Positions 36,918 through 46,420 of a DNA stretch of 64,000 nt are shown here, piece after piece; the first letter of the stretch is position 1, and the number at the start of each line of letters is the position of its first letter. The stretch lies in the IMG/VR virus record IMGVR_UViG_3300044496_000045, one strand, 5' to 3'. Made by a program: the position numbers and the translations under genes. The stretch comes from a virus. Under the pieces are notes generated by a model that had not been told where the DNA came from, did no database searches, and worked only from the letters and a program-made list of their open reading frames with translations.

Positions 36918-37140
36918 GTGCTCTCCTCTATTGAAGTGGTTACAGCGTGGAGCAGGGTGATCAACCAGTCCCGCTCCACGCCAACCACGTACCGCGATCG
37001 ATCAGGTTATGAGCCTTCGATCCAATACCGTGGACGACTACGTTCCCTTGGTGAGCGGTCATCGCGGATACCCCAAGGTCGCGCGTCACCTTGGTCGAGC
37101 ACCGTGCTTCCCGCCCACCGCGGGAACCTTGGTCTGCCGG
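36918..37140 (-). ncRNA. Candidate multi-stem structured RNA/leader in a 223-nt intergenic gap
   Basis: Nested complementary blocks 37042-47/37122-27, 37055-59/37117-21, 37073-79/37088-94, 37098-102/37104-108; separate hairpin 36945-57/36970-81; G-U pair favours the minus strand. Confidence 0.45.
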
Positions 37141-37986
37141 CTACTTCCCGAGCGGCGGCAGGAACCGTTCGACGGACTCGAACCCGCGCAACACCGCCGC
37201 GCAGTCGCACGCGATTTCGGTATCGTACTGCGCCTCGCCGGGCTTGGCCTCCGGATTTTTGAAATCCTTGGTGTAGTACGCCTCGCCGCAGCCCTTCGTG
37301 CCAGATGGATCCAGCATGGTCGACTCGACGATCCGCATCTTCGGCTGCCCGGTGGCCGCATCCGTCTCGCCGGTCGGCTCCTGGGTCTGCACGAGGATGT
37401 ACCGCTGCTTGTCAGGGCGGCAGCGCGCCTGCAGGCCGTGCTCCATGCGGATGGTCTTGCCCGCATACTTGTTGACGGCCGCTTCCAGCTCGGGCGCCGT
37501 CTTCGGGCGCGACTTGTCGCCCAGTGACACGTCGAGCAGCATCGCGAGATCGCTGACCCAGGGCGTCTTCGGATCATCCTTTTTGCCGCGCGGCCGGGGA
37601 TTGGTCGAGAACGTCGCCGTCATCGGCTCGCCGTCGTGCGCGCCCCCGACGACCACGAGCGGCGTGTTGCGATCGAACTTGAGCTGGCGCCGCTTGATCT
37701 TCGTGCCCTTGTTCGGATTGGGCTGGCCATTCGACAAAAACGGCCGGGTGTCTTCGATCTCGATGTCGTGCCAGAGCTGCGCGAGATTCGCGGGCAGCGT
37801 GAACGTATCGACGCCCGGCAGCAACGTCGTGCGCTGGCCGCCCATCTGCAACGATCCGATATCTTCCTCGTCCGGCCATTCGACGTTGATGTCGGTCCGC
37901 GCCGCGGGCGAGTTGACGCCGCCTGCCGCCGCGTCGGGCTGCTGATAGAACAGCCCCGTCATGAGTAAGTCCAGAAACGTGCGCAT
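37141..37986 (-). CDS. Hypothetical protein, possible ssDNA-binding protein with C-terminal Cys motif
   Basis: Follows the AAA ATPase/exonuclease pair; beta-rich; C..CG...CDC near the C-terminus; SSB role inferred from position only. Confidence 0.45.
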   Translation of the reverse strand: MRTFLDLLMTGLFYQQPDAAAGGVNSPAARTDINVEWPDEEDIGSLQMGGQRTTLLPGVDTFTLPANLAQLWHDIEIEDTRPFLSNGQPNPNKGTKIKRRQLKFDRNTPLVVVGGAHDGEPMTATFSTNPRPRGKKDDPKTPWVSDLAMLLDVSLGDKSRPKTAPELEAAVNKYAGKTIRMEHGLQARCRPDKQRYILVQTQEPTGETDAATGQPKMRIVESTMLDPSGTKGCGEAYYTKDFKNPEAKPGEAQYDTEIACDCAAVLRGFESVERFLPPLGK

Positions 37987-38010
37987 GTGTACTCTCCTCT
38001 GTGTTGGTGT

Positions 38011-39744
38011 CTACGTTGTCGGCGGTCGCGGGACACGCCGGATCCGCGAGTGCGCCACCGGTTGTGCCGTCGCCACCGGAGGCGCGGGCACGGAAGGCAC
38101 AGGAGCCGCCTGCGAAACGGCCCCTGCCGCAGCCGCAGGAGCTGCGTTGCCAGCTTTTGCCGCATCAAGTGATGCCTGCATCTGTTGCACATGCACCGGC
38201 GGCGGTACCGGTGGTGGAGCGGAAACATTCTGCGGTACAGCAGACGCCGGAGTTGTGACGGCACTTGCTGCGTTCACTGCAGGCCCAGCTCCACTCTCCA
38301 CCACCGGCACCGCTGCCGGCACGGCCGCCGGTGTCACCACCGTCGCAGTCGGTCGCCGGCCACCGACGCCTCGTCGCCCGATCGTGCGGCCTCCCGTGAC
38401 CGGCACGGCGATCTCGCCGGTGCTCGGCCCGGCCGTCACCGCCAACGGAATAATTTCATCTTCCGCGGGCGTCGCCGCTGGCTGCAGGGCTGGCGCATTC
38501 GGATACTTCGCCGCGTCGGCGCGCACCTGCGCCTCGAACTGCCGTTCTAGCAGCTCGAAGAAATACTTCAGCGAGCAGACGGTCCACGCGTTCGCGGCGC
38601 GCTTGGCCGGATCGTCATCCCACGGATCCTCCAGGTAGTCGGGCATCCCGAGCGGCGTGCCGCGATGCTTCGCCACATACGGGATCTTCCGCGGATCGCG
38701 CAGATCGTAGTGATTGGTGAGCCACAAGCGGAAGCGCATGCGCCCTTGCTCGTCGGGCTCCTTGGTCGCGTGCAGCATGTTGCCGACCCAGCCGCAGGCG
38801 GCAGCCGTCCGGGCGTTGCCGGCGATCTTCAGCCCCAGCAACATTTCGCCGCCGCTCTCGTCCGTCGACTTGCTGGACTCGACGCCGAATGTCGCGATCG
38901 ACGGCACCCGCTGATCCGGGATCTGACGGATGTTGGTCAGCCAGCCGTAGCTGCGGTTCTGCATGAACCCGACTTGCGACATGCTGCCCGTGCCGAAGAC
39001 GGCGGTCCCCTGCCGCACGGCGTCCGCGCTGCCCAATGCACTCCCACCCGTGCTGCTTGTCGGCAGTTCCCCTCGCGCGCTCATTTGTGGCAGTTCGATC
39101 AGCAGCCCGCGATCGTTCATCGCCGAGACGCTGTCATAAATCCGCAGCACGACATCGTGGAACAGCTTCGACTTGATGATCACGCGCTCGACGCCTTTGG
39201 TGTTGGTGATCGTCGTCAACAGGTTGCACGTGGGGCACTGCACATTGGCCGCCGCCGCCGCCGCTTCGGTATCGAACTTCGCCGCCTGATGGCCGGAGGG
39301 GCAGAGCAGCACGAACCCTAGCCGGCGCGGCAGCACCAACCGCACGTTGGGATCCGCGTAGCCGCGATCGGGATCCAGAATTTCCTCGGGCCACGCGCCG
39401 AGACTGATTAGCTCCATCGTTTCGATGGGCCGCACGTGATTGGAGGGATCCCAGACCTTCATGATCCCGAGTCGCACAAGCGACAATCGTTTATTTCCGA
39501 AGCCCCCCGGATCGGTGTGATAGCACAGTGTCACGCCGCCGAACCGCTCATGTGCGTACTCGGCCGCCGTGTCACACAGCGACGACTTGCCGCCGCCCGA
39601 GATCCCGAAGATCGCCGTGACGCTGTTGGCCTGTACGGCAGTGTTGGCCTCGCGCAGCTCGGGCGAGATCCGCAAAATTTGATCGATGATCTCTTGTGGC
39701 GTGGGGACGGCTGCTGACGCCGCCGCGGCCTGTACGTCTGTCAT
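38011..39744 (-). CDS. AAA ATPase (Sak4/AAA_24-like recombination protein) with zinc ribbon and Ala/Pro tail
   Basis: AIFGISGGGKSSL, RIYDSVS (Walker B-like), CPSGH..CPTC; adjacent to the exonuclease. Confidence 0.65.
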   Translation of the reverse strand: MTDVQAAAASAAVPTPQEIIDQILRISPELREANTAVQANSVTAIFGISGGGKSSLCDTAAEYAHERFGGVTLCYHTDPGGFGNKRLSLVRLGIMKVWDPSNHVRPIETMELISLGAWPEEILDPDRGYADPNVRLVLPRRLGFVLLCPSGHQAAKFDTEAAAAAANVQCPTCNLLTTITNTKGVERVIIKSKLFHDVVLRIYDSVSAMNDRGLLIELPQMSARGELPTSSTGGSALGSADAVRQGTAVFGTGSMSQVGFMQNRSYGWLTNIRQIPDQRVPSIATFGVESSKSTDESGGEMLLGLKIAGNARTAAACGWVGNMLHATKEPDEQGRMRFRLWLTNHYDLRDPRKIPYVAKHRGTPLGMPDYLEDPWDDDPAKRAANAWTVCSLKYFFELLERQFEAQVRADAAKYPNAPALQPAATPAEDEIIPLAVTAGPSTGEIAVPVTGGRTIGRRGVGGRRPTATVVTPAAVPAAVPVVESGAGPAVNAASAVTTPASAVPQNVSAPPPVPPPVHVQQMQASLDAAKAGNAAPAAAAGAVSQAAPVPSVPAPPVATAQPVAHSRIRRVPRPPTT

Positions 39745-41178
39745 CTACTCCTCGCCTTCCTCTTCATCCTGTTCAGGGAACGTCACACCGGCTGCCTCAA
39801 ACGTCACCTTCTCCGGCAGATGGTGCGGCGTGCGAATCTCGTACACCCCCATCGTCTCGATCTGTTCCCAGCCGGGCTCCTGAAAGCAGATCGGTTTGAA
39901 CTGACACGGCGTGCCGTCGTAGTGCGTGCAGTTCCAGCTCCGCGGGATCAGGTTCACCACTTCCGCGTGCGTATGATCGAACGCGTGGACGCTGCGCAGA
40001 TATTCGACGCGCTCGCGCCACAGGCGCTCCTCGGCGAGAATCGACGCGGTCGCCGCCGGGACTCTCCCCCGCTGGCGCTGGAATGGCCCGAGTGTCTTCA
40101 GGAACTCCACCAACTGCACGGGCAGGATGTAGCCCTTGATCCACTGCTCGACGCGACTGGCCCCCTCGCGGAACACCACGCCGTTCGGATTGTTGCCGGG
40201 CGGGAACGGCACCGTGTCTGGCCAGATCGGCGTCCGTTTATAGGTGCTGCCCAGCGTATGTTTCTTCCCGTAGTCGTCGTACCACGTGTAGCGCGCGGAC
40301 CATTCCGGATCCTGATTCAGCCCGCCAGGATTGAACCAGCCGTACACCAATGGCGAGTGCTGGTACTTCGGCTCTGTCTCCGGCGCGTTGCGATCTCTCC
40401 CACGCCAGCCCTTGAACAGGATCGGGACGAACGCCTCGCTGACATCCTTGCCCAACCGCTTGCTCGCGCCTTCCATGTCGAGCAGCAACTGGCCGCTGTG
40501 CTCCCAGGCATCCTCCCAGGATTTTTTCTCCTGCGCCTTGGTTTTGATCTGCTCGTACACGATGCCGCCGTGATCGGCGTGCTCCCAGAGCGCGTCCGCC
40601 CGCCCCTGCGCCACGATCCCCGTGCAGCCGCGGGCGGCATGGGCGACATCGTTGGCCACCCAGTCACCTAAACCGCACGTGCAATCGAGTACCGGTGTCT
40701 CCTCATGCTCGACGCCGAGCAGCCGATAGCTGCTCAGCATCATCGGCAGCCGACCGAGCGCGTAGATCCAGATCAGCGATTCGGTCAGCGTGCGCTGTTC
40801 GAGGATCAACTGTTCGATCGCGGCGAACGCATCGGTGTCTGACTTCGAGAGCGCGAGGCCACGTGACCGAGCTTTGGCCTCATAGCGCCCGGCCGCTTCG
40901 GTGGCAGCCCACGCGGTCACTTCATCCGGCACGTTCAGCAGCCGGCGATTGGGATGCGTGGCTTGCCATTCCATGATCCAGTCGCCGATCAGCTCGACGC
41001 CTTCATGCACGGCGCCGCCTGTGGCCAGCGGCACGGCCTGCGTGATCCGCCGGTACCCCGTCCCGTGCTTCCCCGCATGCGTCCCCATGTACCGCTCGAA
41101 GGCACAATCGCGCTGGCCGATGTTGATCGGCGTGCCGGACGTGTACCACAGCAATGGATAGGTGCGCTCGTCAGTCAT
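39745..41178 (-). CDS. Cas4/RecB-like PD-(D/E)xK exonuclease
   Basis: N-terminal CAFERY, GRADAL...YEQIKT, C-terminal CTHYDGTPCQFKPIC (Fe-S-type cysteines). Confidence 0.75.
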   Translation of the reverse strand: MTDERTYPLLWYTSGTPINIGQRDCAFERYMGTHAGKHGTGYRRITQAVPLATGGAVHEGVELIGDWIMEWQATHPNRRLLNVPDEVTAWAATEAAGRYEAKARSRGLALSKSDTDAFAAIEQLILEQRTLTESLIWIYALGRLPMMLSSYRLLGVEHEETPVLDCTCGLGDWVANDVAHAARGCTGIVAQGRADALWEHADHGGIVYEQIKTKAQEKKSWEDAWEHSGQLLLDMEGASKRLGKDVSEAFVPILFKGWRGRDRNAPETEPKYQHSPLVYGWFNPGGLNQDPEWSARYTWYDDYGKKHTLGSTYKRTPIWPDTVPFPPGNNPNGVVFREGASRVEQWIKGYILPVQLVEFLKTLGPFQRQRGRVPAATASILAEERLWRERVEYLRSVHAFDHTHAEVVNLIPRSWNCTHYDGTPCQFKPICFQEPGWEQIETMGVYEIRTPHHLPEKVTFEAAGVTFPEQDEEEGEE

Positions 41179-41402
41179 AAGGCGATTGAGGCTTGCGCCG
41201 TTTGATTTTTGGCGATGCTGATGGGGCCGAAGGTGAGGAAGGCACTGCGGTCGATCGTGTTGAACCGCAGGCCCATCATCGACTCGACGGTGATCCGAAA
41301 GTCGATCGGCGTGCTGGCCGCGAGCCGCACGATCTCACAATGGATCGCGCCATCCGGCAACCGACCGCCCTCCACCCAAATCGTCGCGATGAAATACGTC
41401 AC
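41175..41402 (-). CDS. Hypothetical protein (75 aa), first gene of the leftward operon
   Basis: GGAGGAGG RBS before GTG at 41402. Confidence 0.55.
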   Translation of the reverse strand: MTYFIATIWVEGGRLPDGAIHCEIVRLAASTPIDFRITVESMMGLRFNTIDRSAFLTFGPISIAKNQTAQASIAL

Positions 41403-41441
41403 GGTGATTCGCTCCTCCTCCACGCCCTTGCGGACAGCGAG

Positions 41442-41471
41442 AGTATCGACGGGATCCGCACGAGCTGTCAA
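41442..41471 (-). promoter_or_regulatory. Leftward sigma70-like promoter
   Basis: Minus strand TTGACA-18 nt-GATACT upstream of the RBS of 41402. Confidence 0.5.
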
Positions 41472-41519
41472 CGAGAAAATGTACACAAAATCTAGTAGCG
41501 ATCAGCCCAGCCGAGCAGC

Positions 41520-41564
41520 GTCAAATCATTGACATTGACAGCGTGCTTTTCATCGACGTAGGCT
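41520..41564 (+). promoter_or_regulatory. GTCAA-N4-TTGAC operator overlapping a rightward promoter
   Basis: GTCAAATCATTGAC 41520-41533; tandem TTGACATTGACA; TTGACA(41535)-18 nt-TAGGCT(41559). Confidence 0.65.
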
Positions 41565-41617
41565 CACCGCTTGCGCCATTTTCTTCTGCGCGCTCGACGC
41601 GGCTGACAATCTTCAGC

Positions 41618-42556
41618 ATGCCTCCAGCCTTCCCCGATCCCATTCCCGGCATCATCCCATTCGGCACCGTCACGATTTTTGCCGGCGCCCCAGGCGTCGG
41701 GAAGACCGCGATGCTCGCCGACTGGATTGTCCGCTGGCGGGACGGCCGCCCGATTTGGGGGCATTCGACCAACCCACCGTCCCAGTTCTGCTATTTGGCC
41801 GCCGATCGGCAATGGGCGAGTCATCAGCAGTGGTTCAACCGGGCTGGATACCCGGACATTCCACGGTATTCGGTTGCCGACGATCCCCTGTTTGACCTAA
41901 AAGAACTGCTAAAGCCCTACAATGCCCTGGATCTGTTCCGTCGCGCGCTGGATAAGGTGAATAATGGCACCTATCCGATCCCAGGCGCGCATGTGTTTGT
42001 CGATCCTGTCTCCCCGGTGTTCATTGCGGGATCCCCGAATAACTCCAGGGACGTGGCGCGTACCCTCCTCGGCATGTCCCGCGAATGTCAGCAACGAGAG
42101 ATCAATCTGACGTGCGCTGCACACTTTGGCAAGCAGCTCGCGGATAAAAACTCCCGGTACGCCCGTCCACAGGACCGTATTGCCGGATCGACCGCCTTTT
42201 CAGGATTTTCAGACACCCAAATCTACCTTATTGACCCCGAACTCCCCGATCATCCGTTCCATGTACTGGGCTGGAACCCGCGGCTTGCCCAGCCGGAAGA
42301 GTTTACCTGCACACGGGATTACAAAACTGGGCTATTCATCCCGTACGACTTTATTAAAGACGACGAAACGGCCTCACAGATCCTGGATTGCTTCGAGGCC
42401 ACCGGGACCACGTCACTTGCGGTCATCGTCGAGCGTGCCCAGCTCCAACACGGCCACCACCGCATGGTCGTGCGCCGGGCGCTCGATCGGCTCCTGACGC
42501 AAGGGCGAATCTGCAAGCTCGGCCGCGGCAAGTTCCAGCGCGTCCGCATCCATTAA
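41618..42556 (+). CDS. RepA/AAA_25-like replicative helicase with C-terminal winged helix
   Basis: TIFAGAPGVGKT, VFVDPVS, AAHFGK, AGSTAFSG; C-terminal TSLAVIVERA...VVRRALDRL..QGRI.K.GRGKF. Confidence 0.75.
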   Translation: MPPAFPDPIPGIIPFGTVTIFAGAPGVGKTAMLADWIVRWRDGRPIWGHSTNPPSQFCYLAADRQWASHQQWFNRAGYPDIPRYSVADDPLFDLKELLKPYNALDLFRRALDKVNNGTYPIPGAHVFVDPVSPVFIAGSPNNSRDVARTLLGMSRECQQREINLTCAAHFGKQLADKNSRYARPQDRIAGSTAFSGFSDTQIYLIDPELPDHPFHVLGWNPRLAQPEEFTCTRDYKTGLFIPYDFIKDDETASQILDCFEATGTTSLAVIVERAQLQHGHHRMVVRRALDRLLTQGRICKLGRGKFQRVRIH

Positions 42557-42599
42557 CTTTCGCCTCCTAGCTCAGCTATGCCTCCGGCTGTCCCGCGGG

Positions 42600-42780
42600 A
42601 ATAGCGACTTTTCCCTAAAGTACACATCTATATCCGATCACCGACTTTCAGCCGACTTTTCGGCGACCTTCCCCGACCAATTGCCCTGTACTTGGTACAC
42701 TTGGTCGTAATTTGGTCACTCAAACCGACCATTTTTATTCCTACTGTCTAAACGACTTAACCCTGTTTGGTCGGTGTTTG
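42600..42780. other. Candidate replication origin (AT-rich, CGACY/TTGGT iteron-like repeats)
   Basis: About seven CGAC(T/C) units and four TTGGT units in an AT-rich gap directly after the helicase. Confidence 0.4.
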
Positions 42781-43188
42781 GAGGGGGATGTCAGGGGCCG
42801 GGGGCGACGATCCGGCACTTTCGCCCCCCTCCTCCGGGCGCGATCGTGGCCAGTTTCCAGTACCCACGCCTCGCGCGTTCCCTGGATTGCAGATCGAGCA
42901 TAGGCGAGCCCGGCTGCCTTGTTTTTTCAGCCGCTTCTCCAGCTCGAACGCCTCCGCGCGCGTGTCGGTTTCCCACACGTCAGCGACGACGAAGTCACCC
43001 CCTGCCTGCAATAAGGCACTGATCAGCTTCGCTGACCGGCCATAACTGCGATCGCCCTCGAAGGTCGTTTCCCCTCGGTGCGCGGCCACGCGGTCTTCGA
43101 GCGCCATGCCCGTAGCGCCCAGATAGTGCCGGGCGTGCTTGTACGGGCTGTGCGCGAAGCAGAGTAAGTACACTACACCCTTTGCCAT
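42757..43188 (-). CDS. GIY-YIG-like endonuclease
   Basis: GVVYLL..HARHYLG...EDRVAAH...ELEKRLK...LCSIC. Confidence 0.65.
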   Translation of the reverse strand: MAKGVVYLLCFAHSPYKHARHYLGATGMALEDRVAAHRGETTFEGDRSYGRSAKLISALLQAGGDFVVADVWETDTRAEAFELEKRLKKQGSRARLCSICNPGNARGVGTGNWPRSRPEEGGESAGSSPPAPDIPLQTPTKQG

Positions 43189-43189
43189 G

Positions 43190-43882
43190 TCATTCCATCC
43201 AGAGGTTAAATTGCGTGGGGATGTCCCGCCTGCGTAGCTCAGGCAGTACACGATAGATCGCATGGACCGCCGCGCGCGTCAGTTCCGGCAGCAATGTACA
43301 CGGACTATCCGGGTATGTACTGTACTTTGCCCAGTCAGCCGCCGATAACCCCTTGACGATCTTAATCGCCGCATGCAGCCGGGCCAGATGTCCGCCACGG
43401 TTGACGTGCGGCCCTGCACACCATAAGGTACTTTCCTTCAATGGCGCGAATAAGCCTTTGTACGTGTCCCGATCACTGGACGTCACTCGACCATCGGCCG
43501 CCGGCAACGCCCACCATTGGCGTACAAGCCTCCGGTACCGCCGGACAACCGGATGATACTTCCACACCCGATCATCGTCCTGCGCCAGCTCCTTGGCCTC
43601 GCGCGCACACTCCACCATTGCCGCCAATAAGCGATCGCGCATGGGCATCGACCGGAGCCGCCGGGCTTCACGCTCCCGGCGGTCTGCGTGGATGTGTGAT
43701 TGAGTGCTCCGGCTGGACGCCTCCCGGAATTGGTTGAGCCTATCCCGGCGGGACTTCCACCGCGATCGCCGCCGGCTGACAATCCGCCGGCAGTGTGTAC
43801 ATTTGACTACCCGGAGCACAGCCCGACCGCGGGTGCTCAGCTCGTACCGGTCTGCCTGTCCAGGGTGTGTACAGGCGGTCAC
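43190..43882 (-). CDS. Arg-rich hypothetical protein with N-terminal C..H/CxxC
   Basis: GTGA-coupled start MTACTHP; 230 aa. Confidence 0.55.
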   Translation of the reverse strand: MTACTHPGQADRYELSTRGRAVLRVVKCTHCRRIVSRRRSRWKSRRDRLNQFREASSRSTQSHIHADRREREARRLRSMPMRDRLLAAMVECAREAKELAQDDDRVWKYHPVVRRYRRLVRQWWALPAADGRVTSSDRDTYKGLFAPLKESTLWCAGPHVNRGGHLARLHAAIKIVKGLSAADWAKYSTYPDSPCTLLPELTRAAVHAIYRVLPELRRRDIPTQFNLWME

Positions 43883-44073
43883 GGTTTGGGCTCGGTGTCC
43901 CGTAGCAGGGCCTGAAGCTGTCCGCGACACCATTGCAGATCACGTACAGCCGTTTCGTACTGCGCCTGCTCGCACATCCCGTGCTCGCTCAAGTCGTTCA
44001 GGATATCGGAGGCTTCGCCGTGGGCAAGCTGATGTACAACCGCCCGGATGATTGCGCGCTCTGTGTCGTTCAT
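43879..44073 (-). CDS. Hypothetical protein
   Basis: GGGAGG RBS before ATG 44073. Confidence 0.6.
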   Translation of the reverse strand: MNDTERAIIRAVVHQLAHGEASDILNDLSEHGMCEQAQYETAVRDLQWCRGQLQALLRDTEPKP

Positions 44074-44078
44074 GGCGA

Positions 44079-44702
44079 TCAATCCTCCCGGTTGCCGGCC
44101 GTGTCAAATTCGTATTCATTGGCGCGGATATGCTCGTCGACCTGTGCATCCGCGCTCTGATACTCGTCTTCGGTCCGCAGTTGCTTGTAGATCCATCGCT
44201 CGAAGTCCTGAACGATCTCCCGGAAGGCTTTGTACACCTCTTCCGGTATCGCTTCCCGCGTCGGATGGTCCACGGACAGATCCATCGGCCGGCGATCGTC
44301 ATCCTTGATAGACGCGGTTAATTGATAGCTGTACGCCTTCTGCAGGGTGTACAGTTGATCGGCGATCGCGTGGAGTACCGTATCCTCCGGCGCCTCCCGT
44401 CGAATGGCCGCGGGCGCCTGTTTGGCGTACGCGTAATCGGCTTCGATCCAGGCGCCATCGGATTGACAGTACCCCAGACTCCACCAAATAGACGGATCCT
44501 GTCGTGTACTGCCTCCCATCAGTTTGACGGGATGCCGACGGATGCTGATCCCCAGTATCGCGGCCATGCGATCCGCGTCTTCGATGATGTACTCGAAGTC
44601 GTTACTATCCCGACAGCCGCGGTACCAGTCCCGCGCGCGCTCCTTGGCCTTGTCGCTCAGCTCGTCAAACTGGTACAGCGTGGTTACTTTTTGTCTGGAC
44701 AC
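44079..44702 (-). CDS. Conserved mobile-element hypothetical protein (possible antirestriction-region gene)
   Basis: LYQFDELSDKAKERARDWY...FEYIIEDA...ANEYEFD..G pattern common in phage early and plasmid leading regions. Confidence 0.65.
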   Translation of the reverse strand: MSRQKVTTLYQFDELSDKAKERARDWYRGCRDSNDFEYIIEDADRMAAILGISIRRHPVKLMGGSTRQDPSIWWSLGYCQSDGAWIEADYAYAKQAPAAIRREAPEDTVLHAIADQLYTLQKAYSYQLTASIKDDDRRPMDLSVDHPTREAIPEEVYKAFREIVQDFERWIYKQLRTEDEYQSADAQVDEHIRANEYEFDTAGNRED

Positions 44703-45034
44703 AGCTCCGCCTTTCTCGCAACGTCACGCCAGAATGGCGCGTACGCGAACGGTACATCGTACCAAGTCCCGCCTTCGACCTGATTAACGAAGGTCGTCGC
44801 CGTGGCATGCTTGCCGCGCCGATCATGGCCATAATGGAGTAACAGGATCCGTACCTCCTCAGTTGCGGGCAGGTACAGATCGCTGTAATGGTCGGCGTGT
44901 GGGATCCCCCGCTTGACGACTTCATCGTACAAGGTCGGCGCCCAGTCGTACGGTACCGGTTGCGGCTGGGCGCCTTGCTGGCCCAGCTCGCGCCAGAGGC
45001 GATCCTGATTACGTGGCGATCGGCGTGTTCGCAT
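44684..45034 (-). CDS. Hypothetical protein (116 aa)
   Basis: HADHYSDLYLP...WYDVPFAY..FW. Confidence 0.6.
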   Translation of the reverse strand: MRTRRSPRNQDRLWRELGQQGAQPQPVPYDWAPTLYDEVVKRGIPHADHYSDLYLPATEEVRILLLHYGHDRRGKHATATTFVNQVEGGTWYDVPFAYAPFWRDVARKAELCPDKK

Positions 45035-45611
45035 GTTGCCACCTTTCGACCATATCGCGGGCTACCGCCTTCGTTACGCACACAGTCTCCGATAGACTCC
45101 AGCAGATGGTACCCGGCTGGAGTGCAGTACCGTTCCAGGTCCGCGCCATGATCCCGCGTTCGCGGTTGCGTGCGCGTACCAGTTCCCTCACGGCGAAGTC
45201 CAGCCCGTCCCACTTGGACAAGGCGATCAAGTTCAGGTCCGGGTACACGCGCATAAGCTGTTCGCGGTTTGTGATCTGGAGTACGTATCGCTCCAGCTCT
45301 GGCAGGCCGATCAGCCGGGCGATCCCCAGATAGTACGTATGATGATCGATCCGGCTGTTCATGTAGTCCGATCGCGTCCAGTCGTCGCGCTCGACGCGTG
45401 GCGCTACCCACACGGATCCGCGATGTTGGTTGTACGTGGTCACGTTGTAATCGCTGAGCATAAATAGCGCGTGCATGGGCGGATCCCAGCTCGTCCCGCC
45501 TCCCTGATTTAGCGGATCCCGTCCGCTAATCAGGTACACGTCTGGCGCCTCCGGGTGTGGTTGACACACAGGGACGCCGGGGTACATCGCGCGCCATTCC
45601 TGAAACGTCAT
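45009..45611 (-). CDS. Hypothetical protein (200 aa)
   Basis: GAGGAG RBS; coupled. Confidence 0.65.
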   Translation of the reverse strand: MTFQEWRAMYPGVPVCQPHPEAPDVYLISGRDPLNQGGGTSWDPPMHALFMLSDYNVTTYNQHRGSVWVAPRVERDDWTRSDYMNSRIDHHTYYLGIARLIGLPELERYVLQITNREQLMRVYPDLNLIALSKWDGLDFAVRELVRARNRERGIMARTWNGTALQPGTICWSLSETVCVTKAVARDMVERWQHANTPIAT

Positions 45612-45766
45612 GATTGATGTATCTCCTCTATCGGGTACCGTTCCGATAGTTCTGTTAATAGCCGGTTGCGAAGGCGGTTGTATTCTGCCTCCGCTAAGGC
45701 TAACGTCTTCGCTGCCTCAGTCACCTGATCGATCAGGGACCACACCTTGACGCGCGCGGGGATCAT
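45608..45766 (-). CDS. Small coiled-coil protein (52 aa)
   Basis: ATGA overlaps on both sides. Confidence 0.55.
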   Translation of the reverse strand: MIPARVKVWSLIDQVTEAAKTLALAEAEYNRLRNRLLTELSERYPIEEIHQS

Positions 45767-46071
45767 CGGTTTGGCCGCCCTGTCTCGTCCAGGCCGAGAT
45801 CTTCGCACGTCTGGACAAACATAAATCCAAATTCCCGTGTTTTGATGATGCAGCCGTCTGTAAACGGCGGCAGGTTCCGACGTTGCGCCACATAGCCGGC
45901 GCCATACTCGCGCGGATTCTCAGGCAGGCAGAACAACCCCCAGAGCGCAGAGGTAGACGTGTACGCGGTCTGCTTGTACCCCAGTGCGCGCGCGATCCTC
46001 TCTGCCGCGTCGAAGTCGTCGCCGATAAACTCGCGCTGTGTAATCGGCGGGATTGACAGCCCTTCAGCCAT
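45763..46071 (-). CDS. Hypothetical protein (102 aa)
   Basis: GAGGAGGAGG RBS. Confidence 0.7.
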   Translation of the reverse strand: MAEGLSIPPITQREFIGDDFDAAERIARALGYKQTAYTSTSALWGLFCLPENPREYGAGYVAQRRNLPPFTDGCIIKTREFGFMFVQTCEDLGLDETGRPNR

Positions 46072-46108
46072 GGATCGATCCTCCTCCTCGGTTGCAGCCC
46101 TGCAGCCG

Positions 46109-46384
46109 TTAAAACGTGATCGGCGCGTCTTTGTACGTGTACCCTAGCGCCTGCCGTACCCGTGCGGCTGTCTGATTCTGCCGCCGTACCGCGTTGCTGT
46201 GCTTGCCTCCGGCCATCCGCCGGCTAAGGTAGGCAGACAGCCGCGCGTATGCTGTCGCTGCCTCGGCTGCCTCCCGTTCGATCTCCTGCCGCGCGTCTAG
46301 CGACAGATTGTTATACGTCGCCTCCCACTTCACCATCGGCAGGAGGATCAGATCAGCCGCGGTTAACCGTGTACGTATCGCCAT
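46109..46384 (-). CDS. Hypothetical protein (91 aa)
   Basis: GGGGGA RBS; helical basic protein. Confidence 0.65.
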   Translation of the reverse strand: MAIRTRLTAADLILLPMVKWEATYNNLSLDARQEIEREAAEAATAYARLSAYLSRRMAGGKHSNAVRRQNQTAARVRQALGYTYKDAPITF

Positions 46385-46420
46385 TAGTCCCCCCAGACGA
46401 TATTAAACTGCATGGCCGGC

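Noticed and set aside
36918-37140. tRNA or hammerhead ribozyme
   Set aside because: No T-loop GTTCRA, no D-loop or CCA pattern; CUGAUCGA does not match the CUGANGA core and no GAAA partner is placed correctly
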